Shown piece after piece: positions 33,701 to 42,275 of a stretch of 64,000 bases of DNA. Position 1 is the stretch's first letter, and every line of letters begins with the position of its first letter. Made by a program: the position numbers and the translations under genes. The stretch comes from Candidatus Methanomethylophilaceae archaeon (GTDB lineage: Archaea; Thermoplasmatota; Thermoplasmata; Methanomassiliicoccales; Methanomethylophilaceae), in contig CALUHR010000009.1 in the NCBI GenBank assembly GCA_944320495.1, positions 1 to 64,000 on the forward strand, read 5' to 3'. Below the pieces are notes generated by a model. That model did no database searches. It was not told the DNA's origin and saw nothing but the letters and a program-made list of their open reading frames with translations.

Positions 33701-35198
33701 CGTCATCCCAGACCAGGAGGGGTCTAATGTCCCAGGCGTGCCTGGACAGACTGTCGATCTCGGAGAGTACGAGGCGAGCGGAGAGCCTCTGGACATCGTG
33801 ATCGGAGGATTTGACAGCACCTGTATGCGTGTCGAATCGGACCCCGAGGGATGCTTCGCGATCGATCCCGTCACAGGCGTGATGACCATAACCGCCAAGG
33901 ACCTTGGGACATACACGATCCGCTTCTACCTGGTGGACGAGCACTACGAGTGGTCGTCCCCCACCAACTCCATCCTCATGACTCTCGCATCCCCGACACC
34001 AAAGGATGCTCTGATCATGACATTCACCTTCACGATTGTAGCGAATTCGGAAGGGGAGGAGTACACGGTCGAGGCGGGACACAATTCCCTCGTTTATGAC
34101 GGCGAGGAGCAGTCCTACGTACCAGATGGCTTCGACAGCGACCATATGACCCTAGGCGGGACCACGAATGCTACGATTCCAGGGACCTACACCGTGACGG
34201 TCACCCTGAAGGACCCCATCGACCGCTGGGGCTCTCTTGATGACGACGGGGATGGCACCATCTACATAACATGGACCATCACGAAGAGACCGGTCACGTT
34301 GACCGCCGAGAGTGGCAGCATGGCTCTCGGAGGAGACATGCCCGAACTGGACGTCCTCGGGACCGACGGTTTCGTCGACGATGGACTGGACGATCTCTTC
34401 ACGGTATCGTTCGACCTCGTCGACCCTGATGTCCCTGGGGAGTACACCGTCAGAGTCGAGAAGGTCGGTGACCATGCCGCCCTTGCCCACTACGACATTG
34501 AGTTCGTAGACGGTAAGATCCTCGTCATGTCGGGGGACTTCCGGGAACTCTTCGTCCTAGATGGCGTCACTGATCCGGAGACCTACAACGGTACGTACAT
34601 CACCAAGCCGATATCGTCCCCTCACCTCACTCTGGGGGAGGAGTACACCGTGACCTATGCCGACAACATAGACGTGGGGGTGGCGACCGTCACCATCACA
34701 GGATTGGGCAACTACTCCGACCAGAGCCTGTCCTTCCAGTTCGAGATCCTGAAGGCCGACCCGCCAATCAGGTTCGACCAGGAATCGGTGTCCAGATATC
34801 CCGATGACGGGTCCTTCACCAACCCCTTGGTGGTTCCCGACTATGTGGTGACCGAGGGTTCCGCTACGTACGTCAGCAGCGATCCATCCGTAGCATACGT
34901 GGACCCCGTGACCGGCCTTGTAACGACAGGTTCCGCAGGGACCGCGGTCATTACCGTGACGGTGCCGGGCACGGAGAATTACAACGATTCTACCGCCTGG
35001 TTCACGGTGATTGTCAGTAGCACCCCGATGGTCGTCATCCCTGGCGACGATGATGTCATCGTCCTTCCGGGACCCGAGACCGTGAAGTGGTATCAGAAGG
35101 ACATTTCCCTCTACATACTGCTGATCGTCATCCTCGTCGTCGGGTTCCTGCTGTACATCGTCTACACCGTGTGGAAGCGGAGGGGTGACGGGCAGTGA
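24771..35198 (+). CDS. Giant adhesin-like surface protein (Ig-like/MBG-like repeats), 3475 aa with one in-frame TAG
   Basis: Signal peptide, Big_3-like modules, many (N/D)AGTYTVTV modules, a Big_2-like module and a C-terminal TM followed by KRR. Track ORFs 24771..30896 and 31011..35198 share one frame, separated only by TAG at 30894-96. Confidence 0.85.
27033..27796 (+). repeat. Near-identical ~250-bp intragenic direct repeat
   Basis: 27033-27283 matches 27546-27796, with a 513-bp (171-codon) period. Confidence 0.9.
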
Positions 35199-35497
35199 GC
35201 GCACACGACTGCATGGCCCTGATCGACGTCCTGGGCGAGAAGCACGTGCTGGAGATGTTGCTCTTCCTCCGCGAGAACGGGACATGCAATAAGAGCCAGC
35301 TGTACAGCGCTGTCTCCCGCGGTGCACGTATGCCGGACAAGCTGGACATGATGGAGGTCGTCGGGCTCATCGTCATCGACAGCGTCGACGGCTCCAGGTG
35401 CCACCGCGTCTCCCTGACGGACCTGGGCCGGAGGGTGAGCGACTTCCTTCATGACCTGATGGATGGCGCGTCCAATCGTGACCCGGCTGTCGCCCGA
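35195..35497 (+). CDS. Winged-helix transcriptional regulator (paralog of 24177..24542)
   Basis: VLGEKHVLEMLL...VSLTDLGRRV. Ends at CGA 35495-97; the standard-code ORF runs through a hairpin to 35671. Confidence 0.75.
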
Positions 35498-35714
35498 CGT
35501 TCCACGGCCGCCGACAAACGACTTACGGGCCCCCGGCCCGGAAACCCCTTCCGGCGTTCGTCCGGACGCCGGTATCACGATTCCTGGATCCTTCACATCC
35601 CGGTGGTAAGTGTCTGCGATTCGTGCGACCTCGGTGTCATCTTTTCAGAATTGTTATATGCCATATGTTAGCATCAGAGCAACATATAAATCCGCACGTC
35701 GGGAGTTGCGGCGC

Positions 35715-36665
35715 ATGGTTCTCGGGAAGAGTGGGGCGGTCCTCTGCGCATTCATGGCGGCCGTGTTCTACGCGATCAGCTCGCCGGTCTCGAAGGTCCT
35801 GCTGGAGGACGTCTCCCCGTACCTCATGGCGGCCCTTCTGTACCTGGGGACGGGCATAGGCATGACTACCGTCCGCTCCGTCACGGGCGCAGGGAGGCGC
35901 GAGAAGCCCTACGGCCGCAAGGACCTGCCGTACGTCGTGGCGATGGTGGTGCTGGACATAGCGGCGCCCATACTGCTGATGTACGGGCTGCTGAGCTCCC
36001 CCGCGTCCTCGGTCTCGCTTCTGAACAACTTCGAGATCGTGGCCACGACAGTCATCGCCGTCGCGCTCTTCGGCGAGCGTGTTTCGGCGAGGATGTGGTT
36101 CGCGGTGGCGGTGATAACCCTGTCGGTCATCCTGCTGTCGTTGGACGGCGTCACGGGGCTGTCATTCAACCACGGCTCGCTCGCCGTGGTGGCCGCATGC
36201 GTCTGCTGGGGACTGGAGAACAACTGCACGGGGAGGCTCTCGTCCACCGGGCCGTCCAGGGTGGTCGCCATCAAGGGGGTGTTCTCCGGTCTCGGAGCGC
36301 TGGCAATCGCCCTGTTCATGGGCATGGGCTCCCCCACGCCGCTGGAGGTCGTCGCCGCCCTGCTGCTCGGGTTCGTCTCCTACGGGCTGAGCCTTTACCT
36401 GTACATCTCCGCCCAGGCGGCCCTGGGGGCGTCGAGGGTCAGCGCGTACTACGCCTCGGCGCCGTTCATCGGCGCCGTGCTCTCCCTCGCGATCCTGGGC
36501 GAGTCGCTGTCCGGAACGTACCTCGTCGCCCTCGTCGTGATGGCCGCAGGGGCCGCGATCATGACCTGGGACACCCTGCGCGCCGATCCCGGGGACCCGG
36601 ACGGACCGGGCCCCGGCGAGGGGACGCTCAGGCGGTCGGCGCGGGTTCGTAGGCGTACTTCCTGA
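35715..36665 (+). CDS. DMT/EamA family transporter
   Basis: Ten TM helices with duplicated EamA halves. Confidence 0.85.
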   Translation: MVLGKSGAVLCAFMAAVFYAISSPVSKVLLEDVSPYLMAALLYLGTGIGMTTVRSVTGAGRREKPYGRKDLPYVVAMVVLDIAAPILLMYGLLSSPASSVSLLNNFEIVATTVIAVALFGERVSARMWFAVAVITLSVILLSLDGVTGLSFNHGSLAVVAACVCWGLENNCTGRLSSTGPSRVVAIKGVFSGLGALAIALFMGMGSPTPLEVVAALLLGFVSYGLSLYLYISAQAALGASRVSAYYASAPFIGAVLSLAILGESLSGTYLVALVVMAAGAAIMTWDTLRADPGDPDGPGPGEGTLRRSARVRRRTS

Positions 36666-37263
36666 CGAACGGGATCAGCATGCAGCCGATGGCGTTGCCG
36701 ATCAGGACGAGCACGATAAAGATCAGCGAATCCAGGGTGAACGCGCCCGCGGAGCAGACGTAGAACATGTCGGCGATGGAGTGTTCGAATCCCGCCAGGA
36801 TGAACACGGGGACGCAGAAGAAGATCGCCAGGAAGCTCTTGCGCTGCTTGTAGAAGTCGACGGCGATGAACATCAGGATGCCGCACATCAGGCCCTTGAA
36901 GATCACGGTGTACCACTCGAGGGCGAGCTTCCCGTCCACCAGGGCGGGGGCGTTGTCGTAGGGCATCATCAGACCGATGAATAGGCATCCGATGAAGTTC
37001 CCGATGATGATCACGAGGATGTTCTTGAGGTAGGACGGGGGGTTCTCGACCGCGTATCCCACCTTGCCGGTGTAGAGGTCGAACCCGAAGGCGACGACCG
37101 TGAGGAGTCCGACGGAGAACATGATGGCCCCGACCCATTTGACGTCGCAGGCGAGGTATACGCACCCGCCGATGGAGATGGCGATCCCGGCCAGGAACGC
37201 CCTCAGCAGAATCCGCCAGTAGCGGCCTTTGTCAGAGCTCGTGGTAGTAGACGATGATGTCAT
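36628..37263 (-). CDS. Formate/nitrite transporter (FNT) family protein
   Basis: FDLYTGK, GNFIG, AGFEHSIADM and GNAIG. The start is uncertain because it overlaps the GNAT gene. Confidence 0.85.
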   Translation of the reverse strand: MTSSSTTTSSDKGRYWRILLRAFLAGIAISIGGCVYLACDVKWVGAIMFSVGLLTVVAFGFDLYTGKVGYAVENPPSYLKNILVIIIGNFIGCLFIGLMMPYDNAPALVDGKLALEWYTVIFKGLMCGILMFIAVDFYKQRKSFLAIFFCVPVFILAGFEHSIADMFYVCSAGAFTLDSLIFIVLVLIGNAIGCMLIPFVRKYAYEPAPTA

Positions 37264-37717
37264 GGTATGCCCCGTCGATGTGCCTGAACCCTCCGGGTAT
37301 CGTTCCGACCCGGTGGAACCCAAGGCTCTCATAGAGGTGTCTGGCTCCGGCGTTCTCCGCCACGACGGCGTTGAACTGCATGATGCGGAATCCCAGCCTG
37401 CGGGCCTGCTCCAGCGAGTCGAGGACCAGCGCCCTGCCGACGTGCATCCCGCGGGCCTCCGGATCGACGGCGTAGCTCGCGTTGGCGATGTGCCCGCAGC
37501 GCCCGACGTTGTTCGGGCGGATCTCGTACATGCCGACGATGCGGCCTTCCGACTCGGCCACGGCGCAGTATGAGAAGCCTCCGAAGAACACGGCCTCGCC
37601 ACCCTCGGGGATGGTATCCATCTGCGGGAACGCCTCCCCGTCCTCCACGACGATGTTCCAGATCCTGGCCATCTCGCGGAGGTCGGAATCGCGGCTTTGC
37701 CTGACCAGAACCTCCAT
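37232..37717 (-). CDS. GNAT family N-acetyltransferase
   Basis: ANASYAVDPEARGMHVGRAL, QFNAVV and LYESLGF. Confidence 0.9.
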   Translation of the reverse strand: MEVLVRQSRDSDLREMARIWNIVVEDGEAFPQMDTIPEGGEAVFFGGFSYCAVAESEGRIVGMYEIRPNNVGRCGHIANASYAVDPEARGMHVGRALVLDSLEQARRLGFRIMQFNAVVAENAGARHLYESLGFHRVGTIPGGFRHIDGAYHDIIVYYHEL

Positions 37718-37804
37718 GGTCTGATGTCATCCCGTCCATACGATTTAAGGGAGCATGGCGGGGTCCTTCCCACCCTTTAAATCGGCCATGGCGTTCGCGG
37801 TCTC

Positions 37805-38731
37805 ATGCCCAGCGTTAAGCCGGTGAAGGCCGGATGGTGGAACGCCCTCAGGCCGTGGACACTCCACGGAGCGGTCGTGCCGGTGCTCATAGGAGGCGTC
37901 GTCGCATACGGCGACGTCGGCTTCGACGCGCTGTCCTGGGTCATGTTCGTCCTGATCCTGGTCGCGGGATGCCTGATACAGTCCGCATCCAACCTCCTCA
38001 ACACCTACGGCGACTTCAAGGCGGGGACCGACACGGTGGAGAACGAGACCAGGTCCCCCGAGCTGGTCACGGGCGTCCTGGATCCGCACTACGTCAAGAT
38101 GGCGGGGATCGCCTGCCTCGGGGCCACATGCCTGCTGGGTCTGATCTTCATATGGTACAGCGGATGGGAGATTCTCGTCTACGGGATCCTCGGGGTCCTG
38201 GGCGCCGGCATGTACACGACCGGCCTGTCCTACAAGTACCACGGCCTCGGCCAGCCCTCGGTCTTCCTGATGATGGGCATCCTGATGCCCCTCGGCACAT
38301 ACTGCGTTCTCGGCGGCGGATGGTTCTCCTGGGAGGTCCTCTGGCTCAGCATACCCAACGCGTTCCTCATCACAGCGGTCCTCTGCGGGAACGAGACCCG
38401 CGACTACGAGGAGGACAGGAAGGCGGGCGTGCGCACCCTCTGCAGCCACTTCTCGAGGGACGGGGCCCTGAGGCTGTACCTGTTCATGACCTCGATCGCC
38501 TATCCGATACTGCTCGTCCTGATCGCCGCCGGCATCGCGCCGTGGCCCTGCGCCCTGGCGTTCCTGTGCCTCTGGGACATGCGCATCCTCTGGCACAACG
38601 CGAAGATGTCCGCCGGCGACGCCCACGCCAACTTCATGCTGGTGCCCCTGTGCTTCAGGATGAACTGGCACTTCGGCGTGCTTCTCGTAGTCGGCTATAT
38701 AATCGGCGAGTTCATCATCCCGGTGATCTGA
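37805..38731 (+). CDS. menA: MenA/UBIAD1-like prenyltransferase (UbiA superfamily)
   Basis: RPWTL, SNLLNTYGDFKAGTD, YKYHGLG and GNETRDYEEDRKAGVRTL. Confidence 0.75.
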   Translation: MPSVKPVKAGWWNALRPWTLHGAVVPVLIGGVVAYGDVGFDALSWVMFVLILVAGCLIQSASNLLNTYGDFKAGTDTVENETRSPELVTGVLDPHYVKMAGIACLGATCLLGLIFIWYSGWEILVYGILGVLGAGMYTTGLSYKYHGLGQPSVFLMMGILMPLGTYCVLGGGWFSWEVLWLSIPNAFLITAVLCGNETRDYEEDRKAGVRTLCSHFSRDGALRLYLFMTSIAYPILLVLIAAGIAPWPCALAFLCLWDMRILWHNAKMSAGDAHANFMLVPLCFRMNWHFGVLLVVGYIIGEFIIPVI

Positions 38732-38732
38732 C

Positions 38733-39479
38733 ATGGAAGAGGAGCTCAAGAAAGGGGTCCAGTTCGAGGGCAAGGAGGAATACATCAAGGATGTGTTCAC
38801 CGAGATCGCGGACTACTACGACGAGATGAACGAGATCATGTCCATGCACATGGTCCAGGGCTGGCACAAGTTCATGATGCGCAAGGCCGGCGACATCGCC
38901 GGGAAGAGGTGCCTCGACGTGGGCACCGGCACCGGGGAGATCGCCTTCCATGTCGCGAGGACCGCCGGTCCCGGCTCCACGGTCATCGGCGTGGACATCA
39001 CCCCGAGGATGCTGGAGCTCGCCGCGAAGAAGGAGAAGGAGCTCGACCTGCCGGTCAAGATCGACTGGAGGGTCGGGGACGCGCTCAACCTGGACATCCC
39101 GGACGACTCCGTCGACCTGGTCACATCCGGATACATGCTCCGCAACGTCACGGACATCCAGAAGGCGGTCTGCGAGATGCACCGCGTCCTGGCGCCCGGC
39201 GGCAGGGTCGTCGTGGCCGAGCTCTCCAAGCCGAAGAACGGCGTCATCCGCTTCTTCTACAACATCTACATGAAGAGGGTCAAGAGGTACGGCCGCAAGT
39301 ACGACAAGGGCAAGTCCATCGACGGCCGCCAGTCCGCCTACGAGTGGCTGACCTCATCGATAGAGGGGTTCCCCTATGGGGAGGACATGGTCAGGATCTT
39401 CCGCAAGGCCGGGTTCGAGGACGCCAGGTTCTATGTCAAGTCCTTCGGCGCCGTCAACATCTACGTGGGGACGAAATGA
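38733..39479 (+). CDS. ubiE: UbiE/MenG family quinone C-methyltransferase
   Basis: VFTEIADYYDEMN, LDVGTGTGE, GDALNL, GYMLRNVTD and YEWLTSSI. Confidence 0.8.
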   Translation: MEEELKKGVQFEGKEEYIKDVFTEIADYYDEMNEIMSMHMVQGWHKFMMRKAGDIAGKRCLDVGTGTGEIAFHVARTAGPGSTVIGVDITPRMLELAAKKEKELDLPVKIDWRVGDALNLDIPDDSVDLVTSGYMLRNVTDIQKAVCEMHRVLAPGGRVVVAELSKPKNGVIRFFYNIYMKRVKRYGRKYDKGKSIDGRQSAYEWLTSSIEGFPYGEDMVRIFRKAGFEDARFYVKSFGAVNIYVGTK

Positions 39480-40111
39480 GGGAGTACAACCTCTACCTCT
39501 TCGACTTCGACAACACCCTGTACGACACGAGCGCCGGCATCCACAGGATCCTCGAGGAGGTCCTGCCGGTCATCGGCGTGGATTACCGCAGGGAGGAGTT
39601 CACTAGGTACCTCGGGATGTCCATGGATGACATCTTCGACACGTATTCGAAGCGTCCGGACGCGTACGACGAGTATCGCTCCAGGTTCTACGATGCGGTG
39701 GCCACGAACTCCTACAGGGAGTCGGAGCCGTTCCCCGAGACGCTCCGCGTCCTGAGGGCCCTCAAGGACAGGGGCAAGCGCATCGGTATAGTGTCGGGGA
39801 AGATGCGCTACAAGATCGTGGACCTTCTGGAGGACCAGGGGCTCGGGGACATCCCCGAGACAATCGTGGGGTGGGACGACACCGACGCCCACAAGCCCGA
39901 CCCCGAACCGGTGGCGCTCGCGTTCTCGAGGTTCGACGTCCCCCGCGACAGGACGCTCTTCGTCGGCGACAGCTACAACGACGCCGGGGCTGCCAACGCC
40001 TTCGGTGTGGACTGCGCCATAGTCAAGCGTCCCGACGGATTCATGGCCGAGGACCTGCCCTGCAGGTACGAGATCCCCAGCCTGGAGGATCTGCTGGTCT
40101 GGGACGAGCGA
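39476..40111 (+). CDS. HAD-superfamily hydrolase (PGPase-like)
   Basis: FDFDNTL, HKPDPEP and FVGDS. Ends at CGA 40109-11; standard TGA is at 40132. Confidence 0.85.
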
Positions 40112-41185
40112 TCGCAGCATCCCCTGGGATGACAGCCTCATCAGCAGGTCCCGGGCCTCGCATATGCCGGACTCGGCGGACGCAGTGAGCAATCTTATCG
40201 CATCCCTGTCCGGCATCTCGATGCGTCCGGACAGTGCCAGGGCGCCGAGGTTGTACATGGCCGTCGGTTCTCCGGCATCCGATGCGCTCCTCAGCAGCGT
40301 CTCCGCACGTTCGATATCCCTGTCGATGAGCATGGATCCGAGCATCGACTGGGCGTAGACGAACCCGGCGTCGGAGGCCATCTCCATCCATTCCATCGCC
40401 TTGTTCTCGTCCCTCTCGCCGAGCGAACCGTCCATGAGCATCAGCGCGAGGTTGTACATCGCCTTGACGTCGCCGTCCAGTGCAGCATCTGTGAAGTATC
40501 CCTCCGCCTCCGCGAACTCACCGCGCTCGTAGAGGATCCCTCCGATGCACAGGCGGGCGTCGTTGTCACCCTGGTCCGCAGATGCGCGGAACCATCTCTC
40601 GGCCTCCTCGCGGTCGACGGGTATGCCGTCACCCGCGTCCAGCATCATGGCGAGATCGTACTGGGAGTCCGGGTCGCCCGCCTCGGCGGCCCTTCTATAG
40701 AGCTCCGCCGCGCGCGGCTTGTCCGGGAAGACGCCCTCGCCGGTGCGCAGGATATGGGCCAATATGCCGGCGGCCTCGGTGCTGGTGGACGCAGCCCTCT
40801 CGAGCCACATGACGGCCCTCTCCGGATTCGCCGCCACCCCGTTCCCTCCGCGGAGCATCGTCGCGGCGTTGATCATGCCCTTCTCGTATCCCGCCTCCGC
40901 GGCCCTCTCGAAGAGGGCGAGAGTCCGAGCGGGGTCGATGCCCATCATGATGCTCCCGAGGTTGCACATGGCCTTCGTGTTCCCGAGGTCGGATGCGCGC
41001 TTGAGGTACTCCGCGGCGGTGACCGTGTCCTGGGGGACGCCCTCGCCGACGATGTACATGTAGCCGAGCGACGACGACGCGTCCGCATCGCCCAGGTCCG
41101 AGGCCTGCCTGTACAGCTCGGCCGCCCTGCCGGGGTCCTGTTCGCGGACCTCGTCGCCCATCTTCCTGATCTCGGAGGCTTCCAT
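40112..41185 (-). CDS. Sel1-like repeat protein
   Basis: About nine SLR units (A..GD..A...LG.MY..G.G). Ends at CGA (40112-14); the standard-code ORF runs about 217 codons antisense through the HAD gene to 39461. Confidence 0.85.
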
Positions 41186-41256
41186 GGGGGCGGAGGATGG
41201 TCGGTTCACGCTTAACCTTTAGGATGATTGATATCGGGGATGCGCATGCAGGTCGC

Positions 41257-41583
41257 ATGGCAAAGGCGAACGGGGTCATGGCGGGTCTGTTCTACATCGT
41301 GTTCGGGATAATCTGGATTGCGATGTGCGGGGCCATCCCGTCCGCCATCGGCTTCCTGTTCATGGTCGTGGGCGCCCTGGTCATCGCCTTCGGGGCCCTC
41401 ATGATCGTCAGGACGATCAGGGGCGGCGGTCCGCAGTCGTTCAGGGCGAGGACCTCCCGCCCGGAGGAGCCGTCCGAAGGGGAGCAGGAGCCGAAGGAGT
41501 ACAGCGGATACTGCCCGTACTGCGGCTCCCCCGCCGAGGAGGGCTACGAATACTGCCGCGTGTGCGGCAAGAGGATAGGGTGA
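41257..41583 (+). CDS. 2-TM membrane protein with C-terminal zinc ribbon (copy 1)
   Basis: Two TM helices plus YCPYCG-x9-CRVCGKRI. Confidence 0.75.
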   Translation: MAKANGVMAGLFYIVFGIIWIAMCGAIPSAIGFLFMVVGALVIAFGALMIVRTIRGGGPQSFRARTSRPEEPSEGEQEPKEYSGYCPYCGSPAEEGYEYCRVCGKRIG

Positions 41584-41587
41584 GACC

Positions 41588-41866
41588 TTGGACCGTCGCG
41601 ACCTGGTGTTCGTGATCCTGGTGGTCCTGGTCGGGGTGTCCGCCCTTTCGGTCATAGCCTACATGCTGTGGCCCGAGGGGTCCATGCCCTTCCCGTTCGG
41701 ATTCCTCCCCTTCATCTTCCTGTTCTTCCCGATCATTATACCGCTGAGCTGGAGGGGCAAAGGGAGCGCGAGGGTCGAGGACCCTGACGACTACTGTCCC
41801 GGATGCGGATGTCCGCTCGATCCGGAGTACGACTTCTGCACCGTATGTGGCCGGAGAATACGCCGA
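41588..41866 (+). CDS. 2-TM membrane protein with C-terminal zinc ribbon (copy 2)
   Basis: TTG start; YCPGCG-x9-CTVCGRRI. Ends at CGA 41864-66 overlapping the next ATG; standard end is 41908. Confidence 0.7.
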
Positions 41867-42198
41867 TGCCGAGATGGGTCGGATGGGCGCTGCTGGCGGT
41901 CGGCATAATCTGGTTCTTCTGCTCGCCGGCGGTCATCGTGATCTACGGTCCGATAGGCATCCCCGTGCTCTTCGTCTCGTTCGTCCCTCTGATCCTGGGT
42001 TCCCTGATCATATCGGGGATGACCGGCAGATGGGCACCGCAGGTCTCCGTTCCAGCGGAGGATGCCCCGTCGGCCGAAGAGACGGACGGCGATGCCGACC
42101 TGGCCGCATCCGGATACTGTCCGTTCTGCGGATCGGTTGTCGAGGAATCCGACAGGACATGCGCCGTATGCGGAAGGTCGCTGCGCGGCAAGAGGCGA
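41866..42198 (+). CDS. 2-TM membrane protein with C-terminal zinc ribbon (copy 3)
   Basis: MPRWVGW...YCPFCG-x9-CAVCGRSL. Ends at CGA 42196-98; the standard-code ORF crosses a hairpin into the convergent gene (end 42327). Confidence 0.7.
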
Positions 42199-42240
42199 CG
42201 GGAGCATCGCCGGATCCTGGGAGAATCCAAGGGGTTTGGG

Positions 42241-42267
42241 CCTCCGCCGGACGGATGCCGGCGGAGG
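42241..42267. terminator. Hairpin between convergent genes
   Basis: CCTCCGCCGG-acggatg-CCGGCGGAGG, a perfect 10-bp stem. Confidence 0.6.
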
Positions 42268-42275
42268 GATGGGTA

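Noticed and set aside
23625-36800. Integrated element with attL/attR at tRNA-Ile
   Set aside because: No integrase and no tRNA 3' duplication; GTTCGAATC at 36783 is a chance match inside the FNT gene.
36628-37773. 381-aa FNT ORF
   Set aside because: The N-terminal part is an off-frame read of the GNAT gene.
39461-40111. Sel1 C-terminal extension as a real overlapping gene
   Set aside because: It is an antisense shadow of the HAD gene and is better explained by termination at CGA.
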